Below, piece after piece: positions 26,463-36,399 of a DNA stretch of 52,476 bases. Origin of the DNA: Candidatus Woesearchaeota archaeon (GTDB taxonomy: Archaea > Nanobdellota > Nanobdellia > SCGC-AAA011-G17 > JACPIM01). The notes under the pieces are model-generated. The model was not told the origin of the DNA, ran no database searches, and saw only the letters and a list, made by a program, of their open reading frames with translations. The translations under genes and the position numbers were made by a program. The DNA lies in NCBI GenBank assembly GCA_964457785.1, contig CAYWEX010000001.1, positions 1-52,476 on the forward strand, written 5' to 3'. Numbering within the stretch: position 1 is the first letter of the stretch; each line of letters opens with the position of its first letter.

Positions 26463-28073
26463 TTGTTTCAAGCTCTTTACAAAGGATCCAGGTTAATTTA
26501 TGGAAATCCTGAAAGCAATATAGGCATTGTAACTTTATGGAGCAAGCCAAAAGAACTTGCTTCTAGAATTGACAATACCAAATTTTGTGTAATGGGTCCT
26601 TTATACAGTTCTGAAAGAGGACTGGATTTATTAATAAGAAATTTACTGGCTAACCCGCAAATTTCTGTTCTTTTATTAACTGGGGTGGATTTTTCCAAAT
26701 CAGGAATTGTTTTAAAAGATTTTTTTGAAAAAGGTTTTTTCAAAGGCAAGACAGACACAACTGAAAAACCCTGCTGGAGAATAAACAGCCAATATGAAGG
26801 ATATATTGATTTAGATATTCCAGAAGAAAATTTGAATTTAATTAGAGAAAGTGTCTTATTTGTTAAAGTTCCTGATTTAACTAATTTTGATTTTTCTACT
26901 TTACTTATGCCTGAGAAAAAAAGAGAGAAGATGATTTTTGTTAAGAAAGAAGAAGAAGTTAAAAAATATGTAGGAGAGTATATTGGATATGTAGTAAGAG
27001 GAAGAACAGTTGCAGAAGCATGGCTTAAAGTTTTAGATACTATCTTAAAATTTGGAAAAGAATCTGGAACACATTATGATGACATGCAAAAAGAAATTGT
27101 AAATTTAATGTCTATTATATCTGATGAAGATCCAAATAATTTGAATGTGCCTGATTTTTTTCCTTCTGATAAGCAGCATGTAAATGAATATATTCCGAGA
27201 ATGACAAGAGATTTACCTGGAGGAACTACAAAAAATGAGTATACTTATGGAAGCAGAATGAGAAGTTGGTTTGGAATAGACCAGGTAAAAGGAGCTATAG
27301 AAAAATTAACTAGAGAACCTGTTTCAAGAGCTGTTGTGATAAGTTTGTGGGATACTGTAAAAGATTTAACATTAGGAGGAAGTCCGTGCTTGAATCATAT
27401 ATGGATGAGAATAAATGACAATAAATTATTTATGACATGTATCTTCAGAAGCCATGATATGTTTGAAGGATATCCTGAAAATGCTTTAGCTTTAAGATGT
27501 TTACAAGAAGAAATAAGAAAACAAGTTGAAGAGGGATTAAAGGCTAAAGGAGAAAATACTGAATTAAAATTAGGCAATTTAGTTATTTTATCACAGTCAG
27601 CACATATTTATGATGATTCATGGGAAAGGTGCCAGAAAATTGTTGAAATGTACTTGCCCAGATATTCTGGTTTATTATCTGAATTTGATCCAAGAGGAAA
27701 TTTAATTATTAATATAGAAGATGAAGAAATTATTGTTGAACATACGTCAGCTACAAAAGAAACTTTAGGAATCTATAAAGCAAAATCTGCTGAGCAGATG
27801 AGGGATTTATTAGTGAAAGAAAACATAATTTCATTAGTTCCACATGCTTTAGATATTGGACTAGAATTAATGAAGGCGGAAATAGCAATTAAATTAAACT
27901 TACATTATTTACAGGACAATAAACTTGAATTAAAACCAATTATAGTTGAAGAAAAACCCAAAGAAGAGGCAAAACCTATTGTTGAAAATGCTATAAGCAG
28001 AGAAGATAAAAATTTATTAAAGGCAAGCAAAGATCAATTAACTAACATACTAAATAATTTGAAAACAAGATAA
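26463..28073 (+). CDS. thyA: Thymidylate synthase fusion (MtrA-like N-domain, ThyA, DUF4346-like C-domain)
   Basis: YTYGSR, SRAV, PCL, RSHD..N and SAHIY motifs; N-terminal IVTLWS...NLLANPQI; C-terminal DPRGN...HALDIGLELMKAE. TTG start at 26463 follows a GGGGGTGA RBS. Confidence 0.88.
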   Translation: MFQALYKGSRLIYGNPESNIGIVTLWSKPKELASRIDNTKFCVMGPLYSSERGLDLLIRNLLANPQISVLLLTGVDFSKSGIVLKDFFEKGFFKGKTDTTEKPCWRINSQYEGYIDLDIPEENLNLIRESVLFVKVPDLTNFDFSTLLMPEKKREKMIFVKKEEEVKKYVGEYIGYVVRGRTVAEAWLKVLDTILKFGKESGTHYDDMQKEIVNLMSIISDEDPNNLNVPDFFPSDKQHVNEYIPRMTRDLPGGTTKNEYTYGSRMRSWFGIDQVKGAIEKLTREPVSRAVVISLWDTVKDLTLGGSPCLNHIWMRINDNKLFMTCIFRSHDMFEGYPENALALRCLQEEIRKQVEEGLKAKGENTELKLGNLVILSQSAHIYDDSWERCQKIVEMYLPRYSGLLSEFDPRGNLIINIEDEEIIVEHTSATKETLGIYKAKSAEQMRDLLVKENIISLVPHALDIGLELMKAEIAIKLNLHYLQDNKLELKPIIVEEKPKEEAKPIVENAISREDKNLLKASKDQLTNILNNLKTR

Positions 28074-28636
28074 TGGCTGTATTAAGTGACAGAGACATAA
28101 AAAAGAGAATTACTGAAGGATCTTTAGTAATTGATGGAGCAGATGTAAATAACATTACATTAGCTTCTGTAGATCTAAAATTAGGAAACAAATTCAAGAT
28201 TTTTAAGACTACTCAAGTAACACACATAGACACAAGAGACAGCATTCCAGCTGACATGATGGAAACTCTGGAAAAGAAAGATTCTGAACCATTTATCCTA
28301 CATCCTGGAGAATTTGTATTGGGCTCAACTAAAGAATATGTAAAAATTCCAGATGATTTAGTAGGAAGATTAGACGGAAGAAGTTCTTTAGGAAGATTAG
28401 GAGTTGTTATTCATTCAACTGCTGGAAGCGTTGATCCAGGTTTTGAAGGGTTTTTAACTTTGGAAATTGCAAATATATCAAAAGTTCCTGTAAGCTTATG
28501 GCCAGGAACAAGAGTATGCAGATTAACTTTTGACACATTAACTTCACCTTCAGAAACTCCCTACAACAAAAGAAAAGAATCAAAATATAATAAACAGCAG
28601 GAGCCTTTAGCTAGCAGGATTTTTCTGGATAAATGA
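28073..28636 (+). CDS. dcd: dCTP deaminase
   Basis: LSDRDI, ASVDLKL, GRSSLGRLG and TAGSVDPGFEG motifs. Confidence 0.96.
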   Translation: MAVLSDRDIKKRITEGSLVIDGADVNNITLASVDLKLGNKFKIFKTTQVTHIDTRDSIPADMMETLEKKDSEPFILHPGEFVLGSTKEYVKIPDDLVGRLDGRSSLGRLGVVIHSTAGSVDPGFEGFLTLEIANISKVPVSLWPGTRVCRLTFDTLTSPSETPYNKRKESKYNKQQEPLASRIFLDK

Positions 28637-29220
28637 CAAGAATACATATTGATATTGATGATACAATTGCTGACACTACTTCTACTTTTTTGCAGTATAT
28701 GGAGCATAAATATAAATTTAAAGTTAATAAAGAAAAATTAAATGAACATGCTTATAATAAAATAATCTGCGAGTTAATGAAAAAAGAAAAGGATTATTTC
28801 AGGGAATTTGAAAAAAGCAATTTCCACAGCAAGATACTGCCTATAAAAAATTCACAAAAAGTAATTGCTAATTTAGCTAAAAAGAATGAGTTAATTTTAA
28901 TTTCAGGAAGAGATTTTACCAGATTAGAAGGCACAAAAAAATGGATTAATGAATTTTTCCCAAATTGTTTTTTAGAGATACATTTAGTAAATCAATATCC
29001 AAGACAAGGAGAAGAAAAGGGCCCAAGTAAAATTGAACTCAGCAGGAAACTTAATTGTAGCTCTGTAATTGATGATGACCCCAGTACTGCAACTTCTTTG
29101 GCTGAAACAGGAGTTAAAGTGTTATTATTTGACCAACCTTGGAATAAAACAGCTTATTTAAATGGAAATATAAAGAGATTTAATAATTGGCAGGATGTAA
29201 ATACTCTTTTAAACAAATAA
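28633..29220 (+). CDS. HAD-family 5'(3')-deoxyribonucleotidase-like protein
   Basis: DIDDT, ISGR, K, IDDD and QPWN motifs. Confidence 0.87.
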   Translation: MTRIHIDIDDTIADTTSTFLQYMEHKYKFKVNKEKLNEHAYNKIICELMKKEKDYFREFEKSNFHSKILPIKNSQKVIANLAKKNELILISGRDFTRLEGTKKWINEFFPNCFLEIHLVNQYPRQGEEKGPSKIELSRKLNCSSVIDDDPSTATSLAETGVKVLLFDQPWNKTAYLNGNIKRFNNWQDVNTLLNK

Positions 29221-29251
29221 ACCCTTTTAAGAAAAGCGTTTGCGGAAAAAT

Positions 29252-29851
29252 ATGGAACTGCTTAAAGTTTATGAACAGAAAAAGGAAACAATAAAGCAAC
29301 GACTCAATGATTTCAAGAAAATTGACAAAGATGAAGACTTGTTTTATGAATTATGCTTTTGTATTTTGACCCCCCAAAGCAAGGCTAAACTATGCTGGAA
29401 AGCAATTGAAGATTTGAAGAAAAATGATTTTTTAAATAAAGAGATTAATCCATTAACTTTTTTACTGGGAAGAACAAGATTCCAAAACAATAAAACAAAA
29501 TACTTGATTGAAGCCAAAGGAAAATATAAAGAAATTATTGAAAATTTAAGAAAATTGAATGCTTATGAAATGAGAGAGTGGCTGATTGAAAATATTAAGG
29601 GAATTTCATACAAAGAATCGGGACATTTCTTAAGAAATATTGGAAGAAGAGATTTAGCAATATTAGATAGACATATTTTAAAAAACTTATATGAACAAAA
29701 AGTAATAGAAGAAATACCAAAAACATTGACTAAAAAGAAGTATTTAGAAATAGAGAACAAGTTTAAAGATTTTTCAAATAAATTAAATATACCAATGGAT
29801 GAGCTTGATTTATTATTCTGGAGCAAGGAAGAAGGATCTGTATTTAAATGA
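29252..29851 (+). CDS. ogg: 8-oxoguanine DNA glycosylase/AP lyase (Ogg2-type)
   Basis: ELCFCILT, KGISYKESGHFLRNIG, AILDRHI and ELDLLFW motifs. Confidence 0.93.
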   Translation: MELLKVYEQKKETIKQRLNDFKKIDKDEDLFYELCFCILTPQSKAKLCWKAIEDLKKNDFLNKEINPLTFLLGRTRFQNNKTKYLIEAKGKYKEIIENLRKLNAYEMREWLIENIKGISYKESGHFLRNIGRRDLAILDRHILKNLYEQKVIEEIPKTLTKKKYLEIENKFKDFSNKLNIPMDELDLLFWSKEEGSVFK

Positions 29852-30450
29852 GTAAAATTCTAAGGCAATTAAAAGAACTTGAAAAATTAGGGTCTAATAT
29901 TAGACTGGCTGCCGAAGAATGGGACCAACCCTGGAAGATTTTAATATCAACTATTATGTCTGCCAGAACAAGGGATGAAGTTACAATTCCAGTTGCTGAG
30001 AAATTATTTAATAACTATGATACAATTGAAAAATTAGCTAAAGCAAAACTAGCCGATATTTCTAAAATAATAAAACCAGTTAATTTTTACAGAAATAAAT
30101 CTAAAAATGTTTTAAACTGCGCTAAAGTTTTAAATGAAAAGTATAGAGGAGAAGTTCCTCTAACTATAGAAGAACTAATTGAATTACCAGGAGTAGGAAG
30201 GAAGACTGCAAATGTATTTTTATCTGAAGTTGGAAAACCTGGTTTGGGAATAGACACCCACGCTCACTATATTTCAAATTTTCTTGGATGGTCAACAAAT
30301 AAGAATCCAGATAAAGTAGAAGAGGATTTAAAGACTTTATTTCCTAAAGAATACTGGATAAAAGTAAATCCTATTTTAGTAAGATTTGGGAAAACATATA
30401 CAAGCAGGAAACAAAAGAATGAATTATTAGAAAAGATAAAATTAATATAG
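29848..30450 (+). CDS. nth: Endonuclease III-family glycosylase lacking the 4Fe-4S motif
   Basis: IMSARTRD, LPGVGRKTAN and IDTH motifs; no C-terminal Cys cluster. Confidence 0.9.
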   Translation: MSKILRQLKELEKLGSNIRLAAEEWDQPWKILISTIMSARTRDEVTIPVAEKLFNNYDTIEKLAKAKLADISKIIKPVNFYRNKSKNVLNCAKVLNEKYRGEVPLTIEELIELPGVGRKTANVFLSEVGKPGLGIDTHAHYISNFLGWSTNKNPDKVEEDLKTLFPKEYWIKVNPILVRFGKTYTSRKQKNELLEKIKLI

Positions 30451-30480
30451 GTTAAACTTATAAAATTTTTAGATGTTGAA

Positions 30481-30828
30481 ATGAAAATTAACGAAATTAA
30501 CTTAAGATGGTATAAAGAAATAAAAACAGAATTAAAAACTTTGAAATTTGTTGTTGCCGAAAAAAATATAAATGTCGAGGTAGAGCTAAATGACATTTTA
30601 GAAGGGATATATCGTGCTTACAAAAATATATCTGAACTTAACTTTTATTCTGCTTGGGGTTGTTTAGATGGTGCTTTGTTACTTTTAGAACAAATGCTTG
30701 AAGGAAAGGGATCATATGCTTTCAAAAGCTTAACTAAACAACAATTTACAAACTTATCAAAACTAGTTAAAGAAGGAAGAGTTTTTCAGCAAGGTCTTCA
30801 TGACATATGTGAATTTGGAAAAATTTAA
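30481..30828 (+). CDS. Hypothetical protein
   Basis: ORF with upstream TTTATAAA. Confidence 0.65.
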   Translation: MKINEINLRWYKEIKTELKTLKFVVAEKNINVEVELNDILEGIYRAYKNISELNFYSAWGCLDGALLLLEQMLEGKGSYAFKSLTKQQFTNLSKLVKEGRVFQQGLHDICEFGKI

Positions 30829-30843
30829 ATAAAATTATATAAT

Positions 30844-31284
30844 ATGAAAATTGATTTTGAAGATCTTATTAGAAAAGCCAGAAAAGAAGGAACTAATAGA
30901 TTTTCAACTGGAATTTTAGTTGTAAAAAATAAAAAAGTCCTTATGTTATTAAGGAAAGAAGATGACTTTTTACCAAATGTTTATGAACTTCCAGGCGGTA
31001 AAGTTGAAAAGGATGAGTCTTTACCTGAAGCTATTAAAAGAGAATTATTTGAAGAAACAAGTTTAGAAATTAAGAAAATTATCAAGTTTTTAGGTTATTT
31101 TGAATATGAATCTGAAGATAAAAGCAAAACAAGGCAATTTAATTTTTCAGTTACTGTAAAAAAGTTTGACAAAATAATACATCCCGAGCATCAAAATTTT
31201 AAATTTGTAGAATTAAAAGATCTCGATAAAATTTCAATGACTGCAGAAATGAAGAAAATTGTTAAAGAATATCTTGAAAATTGA
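30844..31284 (+). CDS. NUDIX hydrolase
   Basis: Nudix box GGKVEKDESLPEAIKRELFEETSL. Confidence 0.93.
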   Translation: MKIDFEDLIRKARKEGTNRFSTGILVVKNKKVLMLLRKEDDFLPNVYELPGGKVEKDESLPEAIKRELFEETSLEIKKIIKFLGYFEYESEDKSKTRQFNFSVTVKKFDKIIHPEHQNFKFVELKDLDKISMTAEMKKIVKEYLEN

Positions 31285-31285
31285 T

Positions 31286-31732
31286 TTATTTAATAGCCTT
31301 AAAATATTCCTTGACTCTTTCCAGGATTGATTTTAAATAAAACTGCTCTATTCTTTCTTCAAAAGTACTTATCAATGTTTCAAATTCTGTAATCCTATAA
31401 GCGTTTTTTACTTTTTCAACCAAGAACAAACCTCTTAATCTTCTTAACTGCCTTCTGATATTTGAAGAAGCTATTCCTTTTAACTGCAGCTTTTCTTTTT
31501 TTCTGAATTTAATTACCTCTTCTTTAATCTGCTCTGAATCCAGTTCCTTGTCTTTATTTTGCAACAAAACATGAAGAATGTCAACAACAACATCTCTTGA
31601 ATCACCTGGTTGTAATAAACCAATGGACAGGCATATTTTTCTTGTTAATTCTCTTTGATCTAAGTTTACAGGCTTTTCATATTTTCTTAGTGTTATTTCA
31701 GATAATGGAGTATCTCTTGAAATTGTTTTCAT
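31286..31732 (-). CDS. Putative winged-helix transcriptional regulator
   Basis: SIGLLQPGDSRD and SSNIRRQLRRLRGLFLVEK...YRI. Confidence 0.7.
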   Translation of the reverse strand: MKTISRDTPLSEITLRKYEKPVNLDQRELTRKICLSIGLLQPGDSRDVVVDILHVLLQNKDKELDSEQIKEEVIKFRKKEKLQLKGIASSNIRRQLRRLRGLFLVEKVKNAYRITEFETLISTFEERIEQFYLKSILERVKEYFKAIK

Positions 31733-31832
31733 CTTTAGTTAAATAAAATGAATTTTGTTTAAATATTTTCGCTTTTGCTACTTGGCTTTTGTTAAAAATG
31801 TTTATATAGCTGATTAATTAGAAAAGATTAGA

Positions 31833-32564
31833 ATGAGTTTAGAAAAAGAGGATGGTATAAAAAGGAAACTAATATTATTAGTTTTAATTATTTTATTTAT
31901 TTTAGTTTTTGGCACTGTTGGCTTTTCTTTGACTGAAAATACTACTTTTGGCGATGGTTTTTTTAAAACAGTTGAGGTTATATCTTTTTTATATGAAGGA
32001 GAAACTCATGGCAGTGCAAAAATTGTAAAATTGTTTCTCGCTTTATTTGGAGTAATACTATTTTGGATGGCATTATGGGAAACTTTTGATATTTTAATGG
32101 AGAGCAAATTAGTCAATTTTAATTTTCAGGAGGCTAGAATCATGAATAAAATTAAAAAATTAAAAAATCATTATATCATATGCGGCGGGGGGAGAGTTGG
32201 GCATCATTTAGGAAATCTTCTTCAACAACAAAAAAAATCCTATGTAATAATAGAAAAAGACGAATTTAACATTAATCAATTAAGAAAAAAAGGACATTTA
32301 GTTTATGAAGGTGATTCTTTGGAAGAAGAAACTTTAGAAGAAGCTGGTATTAGAAAGGCAAAATGTTTAATGTCAGTACTGCCTGAATCTGAAAAAAATA
32401 TAATGATAATTTTAACTGCGAAGGAACTTAACAAGAAATTAAAGATATTTGCAAGATCACACAAAGAAGAATACATTAAGAAGATGAAGAAAGCTGGAGC
32501 TGATTTTGTAGTTACCCCAGAAATATCCTGTGCTGAAGAATTATCTAAATTAGCCAAAACTTAA
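31833..32564 (+). CDS. Potassium channel-like protein with TrkA-N (RCK) domain
   Basis: Two TM helices, then HYIICGGGRVG, GDS and AGADFVV; no canonical GYG filter seen. Confidence 0.88.
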   Translation: MSLEKEDGIKRKLILLVLIILFILVFGTVGFSLTENTTFGDGFFKTVEVISFLYEGETHGSAKIVKLFLALFGVILFWMALWETFDILMESKLVNFNFQEARIMNKIKKLKNHYIICGGGRVGHHLGNLLQQQKKSYVIIEKDEFNINQLRKKGHLVYEGDSLEEETLEEAGIRKAKCLMSVLPESEKNIMIILTAKELNKKLKIFARSHKEEYIKKMKKAGADFVVTPEISCAEELSKLAKT

Positions 32565-32589
32565 AATTAGATTAAAAAAAAGAATAAGA

Positions 32590-32931
32590 TTAAAATTTAA
32601 CAAGAGAGATATCTATTGTGCTTACTCTTACATCTCTGCCATCTTTATTTTTGAATCCTTCACTGTCAATTTTTATGTTGTTGACTTTTATTTGTCCTTC
32701 TAAAAATCTCTTCACTGCGACTTCTGCTACGTCCACTGCTCTTGTTATGAACTTGCCTCTTGCTTTGATTAGAACTTCACCTGCTCCCTGTGTTGTAAAC
32801 TGCATAACCACTCCAGTTACATAATTCATGAATGGCTTGGCTCCTATGAAAACCGTATGGTCATCTTGTCTGTCGTGTCTTTCGTGTGTCTCATGTTCTT
32901 GATGTTCTTCTTGTTCTTGATTTTCTGTCAT
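32590..32931 (-). CDS. albA: DNA/RNA-binding protein Alba
   Basis: VFIGAKPFMNYV, IKARGKFITRAVDVAE and VSTIDI motifs; acidic, His-rich N-terminal extension. Confidence 0.96.
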   Translation of the reverse strand: MTENQEQEEHQEHETHERHDRQDDHTVFIGAKPFMNYVTGVVMQFTTQGAGEVLIKARGKFITRAVDVAEVAVKRFLEGQIKVNNIKIDSEGFKNKDGRDVRVSTIDISLVKF

Positions 32932-32941
32932 TTTTATCCCC

Positions 32942-33142
32942 CTAAGTATTTTCTAATCTCTCTTGTTTTACTAACCTTGTCAAATAGCCTGCAATCACAT
33001 TTCTAAGCTTTTTAGATTCTGTCTTAATTAAATCAGCTAAAACTAGTTTGTTTTCATTAAAATCTTCCTTAAATAAAGGTTTATGATTTTTATAGAGCTT
33101 TTTAGTAAGATTTTTTACCATTGCTGTTTTTATTCTTCCCAT
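32942..33142 (-). CDS. rps17e: 30S ribosomal protein S17e
   Basis: MGRIKT...DFNENK...SKKLRNVIAGYLT; start at 33142. Confidence 0.96.
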   Translation of the reverse strand: MGRIKTAMVKNLTKKLYKNHKPLFKEDFNENKLVLADLIKTESKKLRNVIAGYLTRLVKQERLENT

Positions 33143-33236
33143 GGAGAAAACCTTTATTTTAGCAGGTTTATAAATGTTATGGGTTTGTTTTGTTTTCATA
33201 AAATTTATATAACATATAAGTATTTCTTTATTTAAA

Positions 33237-33698
33237 TTGGGTAAGAAAATTAATAAGAATTCACCTAAAGAAGCAATTTTAATAATTTCTTTAATTATTG
33301 CTTTTTTGGTCGGCTTATTTAGTTTAATTTATTATACTACTCCACATGGAGAAAAAATAACAATAGAAAAATATTATAATTTAAAAACTGAATGTATAAA
33401 TCCTTATTATTGTCATATAAATTTATCATTTATTTTAGAGGATGGATTAAAAGAAAATATTTCAGGAATACAAATCAAATCTAAAGAAGATGTTCTTTGT
33501 GGAAGAGCGACAAAAACAATTAATCCAAATGTATACCTGAATAATAAAAAAGTGTATTTTTCTTGTTCTAATAATTTTATTTCAAATAGTATTCTTCTAA
33601 AAGTTAAAGAGCCTTTACCAAAAGAAAATAAAATTCAAATTTATTATTCTATTGAAAAAACATTTAATGATATTGAATTGAAAGTTTACAAGAATTAA
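33237..33698 (+). CDS. Hypothetical membrane-anchored protein
   Basis: N-terminal TM helix. Confidence 0.6.
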   Translation: MGKKINKNSPKEAILIISLIIAFLVGLFSLIYYTTPHGEKITIEKYYNLKTECINPYYCHINLSFILEDGLKENISGIQIKSKEDVLCGRATKTINPNVYLNNKKVYFSCSNNFISNSILLKVKEPLPKENKIQIYYSIEKTFNDIELKVYKN

Positions 33699-34777
33699 GA
33701 ATTTTTTAAGATATAAATTAATCTTTCAACAATATTGCCTTTTATGCTATATTTTATGGGCATTTTAACAGAATCCACTGGAGAATAAATTTCAAAACCA
33801 ATTTCTTTCACCATATTTTCAAAATCCAAAGTTGTTCTACCTTTAGTTGTCTTATATAAAGGAACTGGAAAAACTATAAAATGATTTTTCTTTACTATTT
33901 TTTTTAATTTTACCAACAAATTATAATATATATCTTCAATATTTTTTATTATTTTTTCAACTTCCTTAAAATCAGGAATTCTCTTGAAAAAAGGACCGAA
34001 ATAAGGCTCTGTAGCAACTGCATCTATATTTTGTATAATCTTATCTATTTCCTTATTATCAAGATTATGAATTTTAAAATTTGATTTTAATCTGTATTTA
34101 TTTTTAATCCACTCCAAGTTTTTTATTGCTCCTTCAACACTACTTTTATCAGTATCTGTACCTAGGACATTAATTCCCATTAACATAGCTTCCTGCAAAA
34201 CAGAACCTGCACCTACAAAAGGATCTACCAAGGTTTCATTTTCCTTTATCTGAGATAAATTTACAAGAATCTTGCTTAATCTTAAAGAAGTTACTTTTAA
34301 TTTATCAAAATAAGGCCTTGCTTCATCTCTTTCCTTAAATTCAGAAGGATTAGAATTTATTATTACTTTAGCTAGTTTATTTTTAAAAACAAATAATTCA
34401 AGATCTAATTTCCTAGATTCTTTTGGTGAAAATACTGCTTTTCTTGGTTTTTTCTGAATTGCCTTAACTCTTTCTGTTTTAAATAATTCATATAGCTGGC
34501 TTATTAATCTAATATCATTGTACAAGATTACCAAACCAAAAATAATTTTGTTTTTTTCTATTTTTATTTTATTAATATCAAAAAATTCAGCTATTTTTAC
34601 TATGCCACCAAGTTCTTTAATTGCTTGTTTATAATCAAAACTTTCTATCTGCACTTCGGCAAATAAGTCTGTTACTTTAATTAACCTATAGTTCAGGTCT
34701 TTTCTCATTAAATAAGAAATTAATTCTACTAATGACAAGTTCTTGTCTCTGCCGAAAATAAACAAATAAGTATTCAT
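33695..34777 (-). CDS. SAM-dependent RNA methyltransferase (Trm11/TrmG10-like)
   Basis: LVDPFVGAGSVLQEA and ATEPYFG motifs. Confidence 0.85.
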   Translation of the reverse strand: MNTYLFIFGRDKNLSLVELISYLMRKDLNYRLIKVTDLFAEVQIESFDYKQAIKELGGIVKIAEFFDINKIKIEKNKIIFGLVILYNDIRLISQLYELFKTERVKAIQKKPRKAVFSPKESRKLDLELFVFKNKLAKVIINSNPSEFKERDEARPYFDKLKVTSLRLSKILVNLSQIKENETLVDPFVGAGSVLQEAMLMGINVLGTDTDKSSVEGAIKNLEWIKNKYRLKSNFKIHNLDNKEIDKIIQNIDAVATEPYFGPFFKRIPDFKEVEKIIKNIEDIYYNLLVKLKKIVKKNHFIVFPVPLYKTTKGRTTLDFENMVKEIGFEIYSPVDSVKMPIKYSIKGNIVERLIYILKNS

Positions 34778-34808
34778 AACCAGAATTAAAAAAGTATATT
34801 TTATAAAA

Positions 34809-35690
34809 CTATTCTAAGGGTTTAAATGTTAAATAGCCCTTGAGATTTTCATTAATATATTTTTCTGCTTTTTTGCTTAATTTTCCCCTGCTTAATAATA
34901 TGACTGGCATTTTCTTTAAATTTCCATTATTAAAAGCATAAATAACATCTTTTTCACTTATGCTTTTTTTATCAGCTGCTTTTATTAAATAAGTTAACTC
35001 TCCCAAAGAAGAGGGTAATTTTGAAATTAAATTCAGTTCTTTATTTTTTCTCACTATTTCTTCCTGCAATACTGAAACTTTATTTTTATTTAGAAAATTG
35101 TAAACATGTTCAAAGAATTTGCTTTTTTCAACTGGCTTTTTTGTCTTAACTACAGTTTCTTTTTCAGAAACTTCTACTTTATTTTCAACAATTACTTTTT
35201 CCTGTACCTGAATAATCTCTGGTTTTTTTTGCTCTATTTGTTCAGGTTGTTTAAAGAAATCTTTTACTATTTGTGCAGATTCCTGCTCTGAAACTAAATG
35301 CCATCTCCACGCTTTAATATTATTGTTATTAATGTTTACAAAAAAAGGAAAAGAGAAATCTTTAATCTGGCTTAAAGCAAATCTTATAGATGGTTCCTGC
35401 TGATCATCTAATAAGACTTTATTATCTTTTAATAAATTAAATGCTTCTTTTTCTTTTCCAGGCAAATGCTCATATAAAATTGCTAATCTTTCTTCCTGCC
35501 CATTCACATAATATACAGGACTTCCGCCCACTTTAGCATGACTTATTTTTATTAATTTATTAGCTATTAATTCAGATAAAATTGCACCAGCAAACATTGT
35601 ATTAGTATTAAGCCTTTTAGCTATTTGAATTGGCAATACTGGGCCAGAGGCTTTTACAAAATCTAAAGCAATATCCCTGTTATCAAACAT
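34809..35690 (-). CDS. Conserved hypothetical protein with an N-terminal wHTH-like region
   Basis: GPVLPIQIAK...FAGAILSEL...VGGSPVYY. Confidence 0.75.
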   Translation of the reverse strand: MFDNRDIALDFVKASGPVLPIQIAKRLNTNTMFAGAILSELIANKLIKISHAKVGGSPVYYVNGQEERLAILYEHLPGKEKEAFNLLKDNKVLLDDQQEPSIRFALSQIKDFSFPFFVNINNNNIKAWRWHLVSEQESAQIVKDFFKQPEQIEQKKPEIIQVQEKVIVENKVEVSEKETVVKTKKPVEKSKFFEHVYNFLNKNKVSVLQEEIVRKNKELNLISKLPSSLGELTYLIKAADKKSISEKDVIYAFNNGNLKKMPVILLSRGKLSKKAEKYINENLKGYLTFKPLE

Positions 35691-35728
35691 ATAATTTAGA
35701 ATTAACAACAGATATTTAATATTTTAGC

Positions 35729-36361
35729 TTATTTAGCTTGTATTTTATTTAAGATTTCTTCTTTTACTTTTTCTACTGGTTTTTCACCATTAACCTCAAT
35801 TAAAATCCCTTTTTCCTGGTAATATTTAACAATAGGATTTACAGTATCATAGAATATCTTTAATCTTTGTTTTAGGATTTCTGAATTATCATCTTCTCTT
35901 TTTATAAGCTTTTTATGGCATTCATCACAATATCCTTGTTTTTTTGGCTGTTTTCCTAAACCATAAACAATATTGCAGTTATTACACTGATATCTGTTTT
36001 CAAATCTCTTAAGAATTTCTTTTTCAAAAGAATAAATATAAACAACTTTGTCTATTTTTGTTATTTTATCCAATGATTTAGCCTGATTTAAATTTCTTGG
36101 AAATCCGTCTAAAATAAAACCTAATTTACAATCTGGTTTTTTTAACCTTTCTTTAACTAAATTAATTACAATATCGTCTGGAACTAACTCTCCTTTACTC
36201 CAATATTTATCCCTGGCTTCTATACCTAATTTATTTCCTTCATCTGCTAATTGCCTAAACATATTTCCTGTTGAGATATGCCTAATACCAACAATTTCAG
36301 AAATTAATTCTGCCTGAGTTCCTTTTCCTGATCCTGGAGGGCCTAAAAAAACAAGTTTCAT
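35729..36361 (-). CDS. adk: Adenylate kinase (bacterial type, Zn lid)
   Basis: GPPGSGKGTQA, GELVPD, LDGFPR, CxxC..CxxC and REDD motifs. Confidence 0.93.
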   Translation of the reverse strand: MKLVFLGPPGSGKGTQAELISEIVGIRHISTGNMFRQLADEGNKLGIEARDKYWSKGELVPDDIVINLVKERLKKPDCKLGFILDGFPRNLNQAKSLDKITKIDKVVYIYSFEKEILKRFENRYQCNNCNIVYGLGKQPKKQGYCDECHKKLIKREDDNSEILKQRLKIFYDTVNPIVKYYQEKGILIEVNGEKPVEKVKEEILNKIQAK

Positions 36362-36399
36362 CAGCTTAAATTTAATTTTTTTATTTTATATAATTTTTG

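Noticed and set aside
26463-29220. Phage-like dCMP hydroxymethylase or DNA hypermodification cassette
   Set aside because: The ThyA core has Asn (dUMP-type), not Asp, at the specificity position, and no glycosyltransferase, kinase or viral genes are adjacent.
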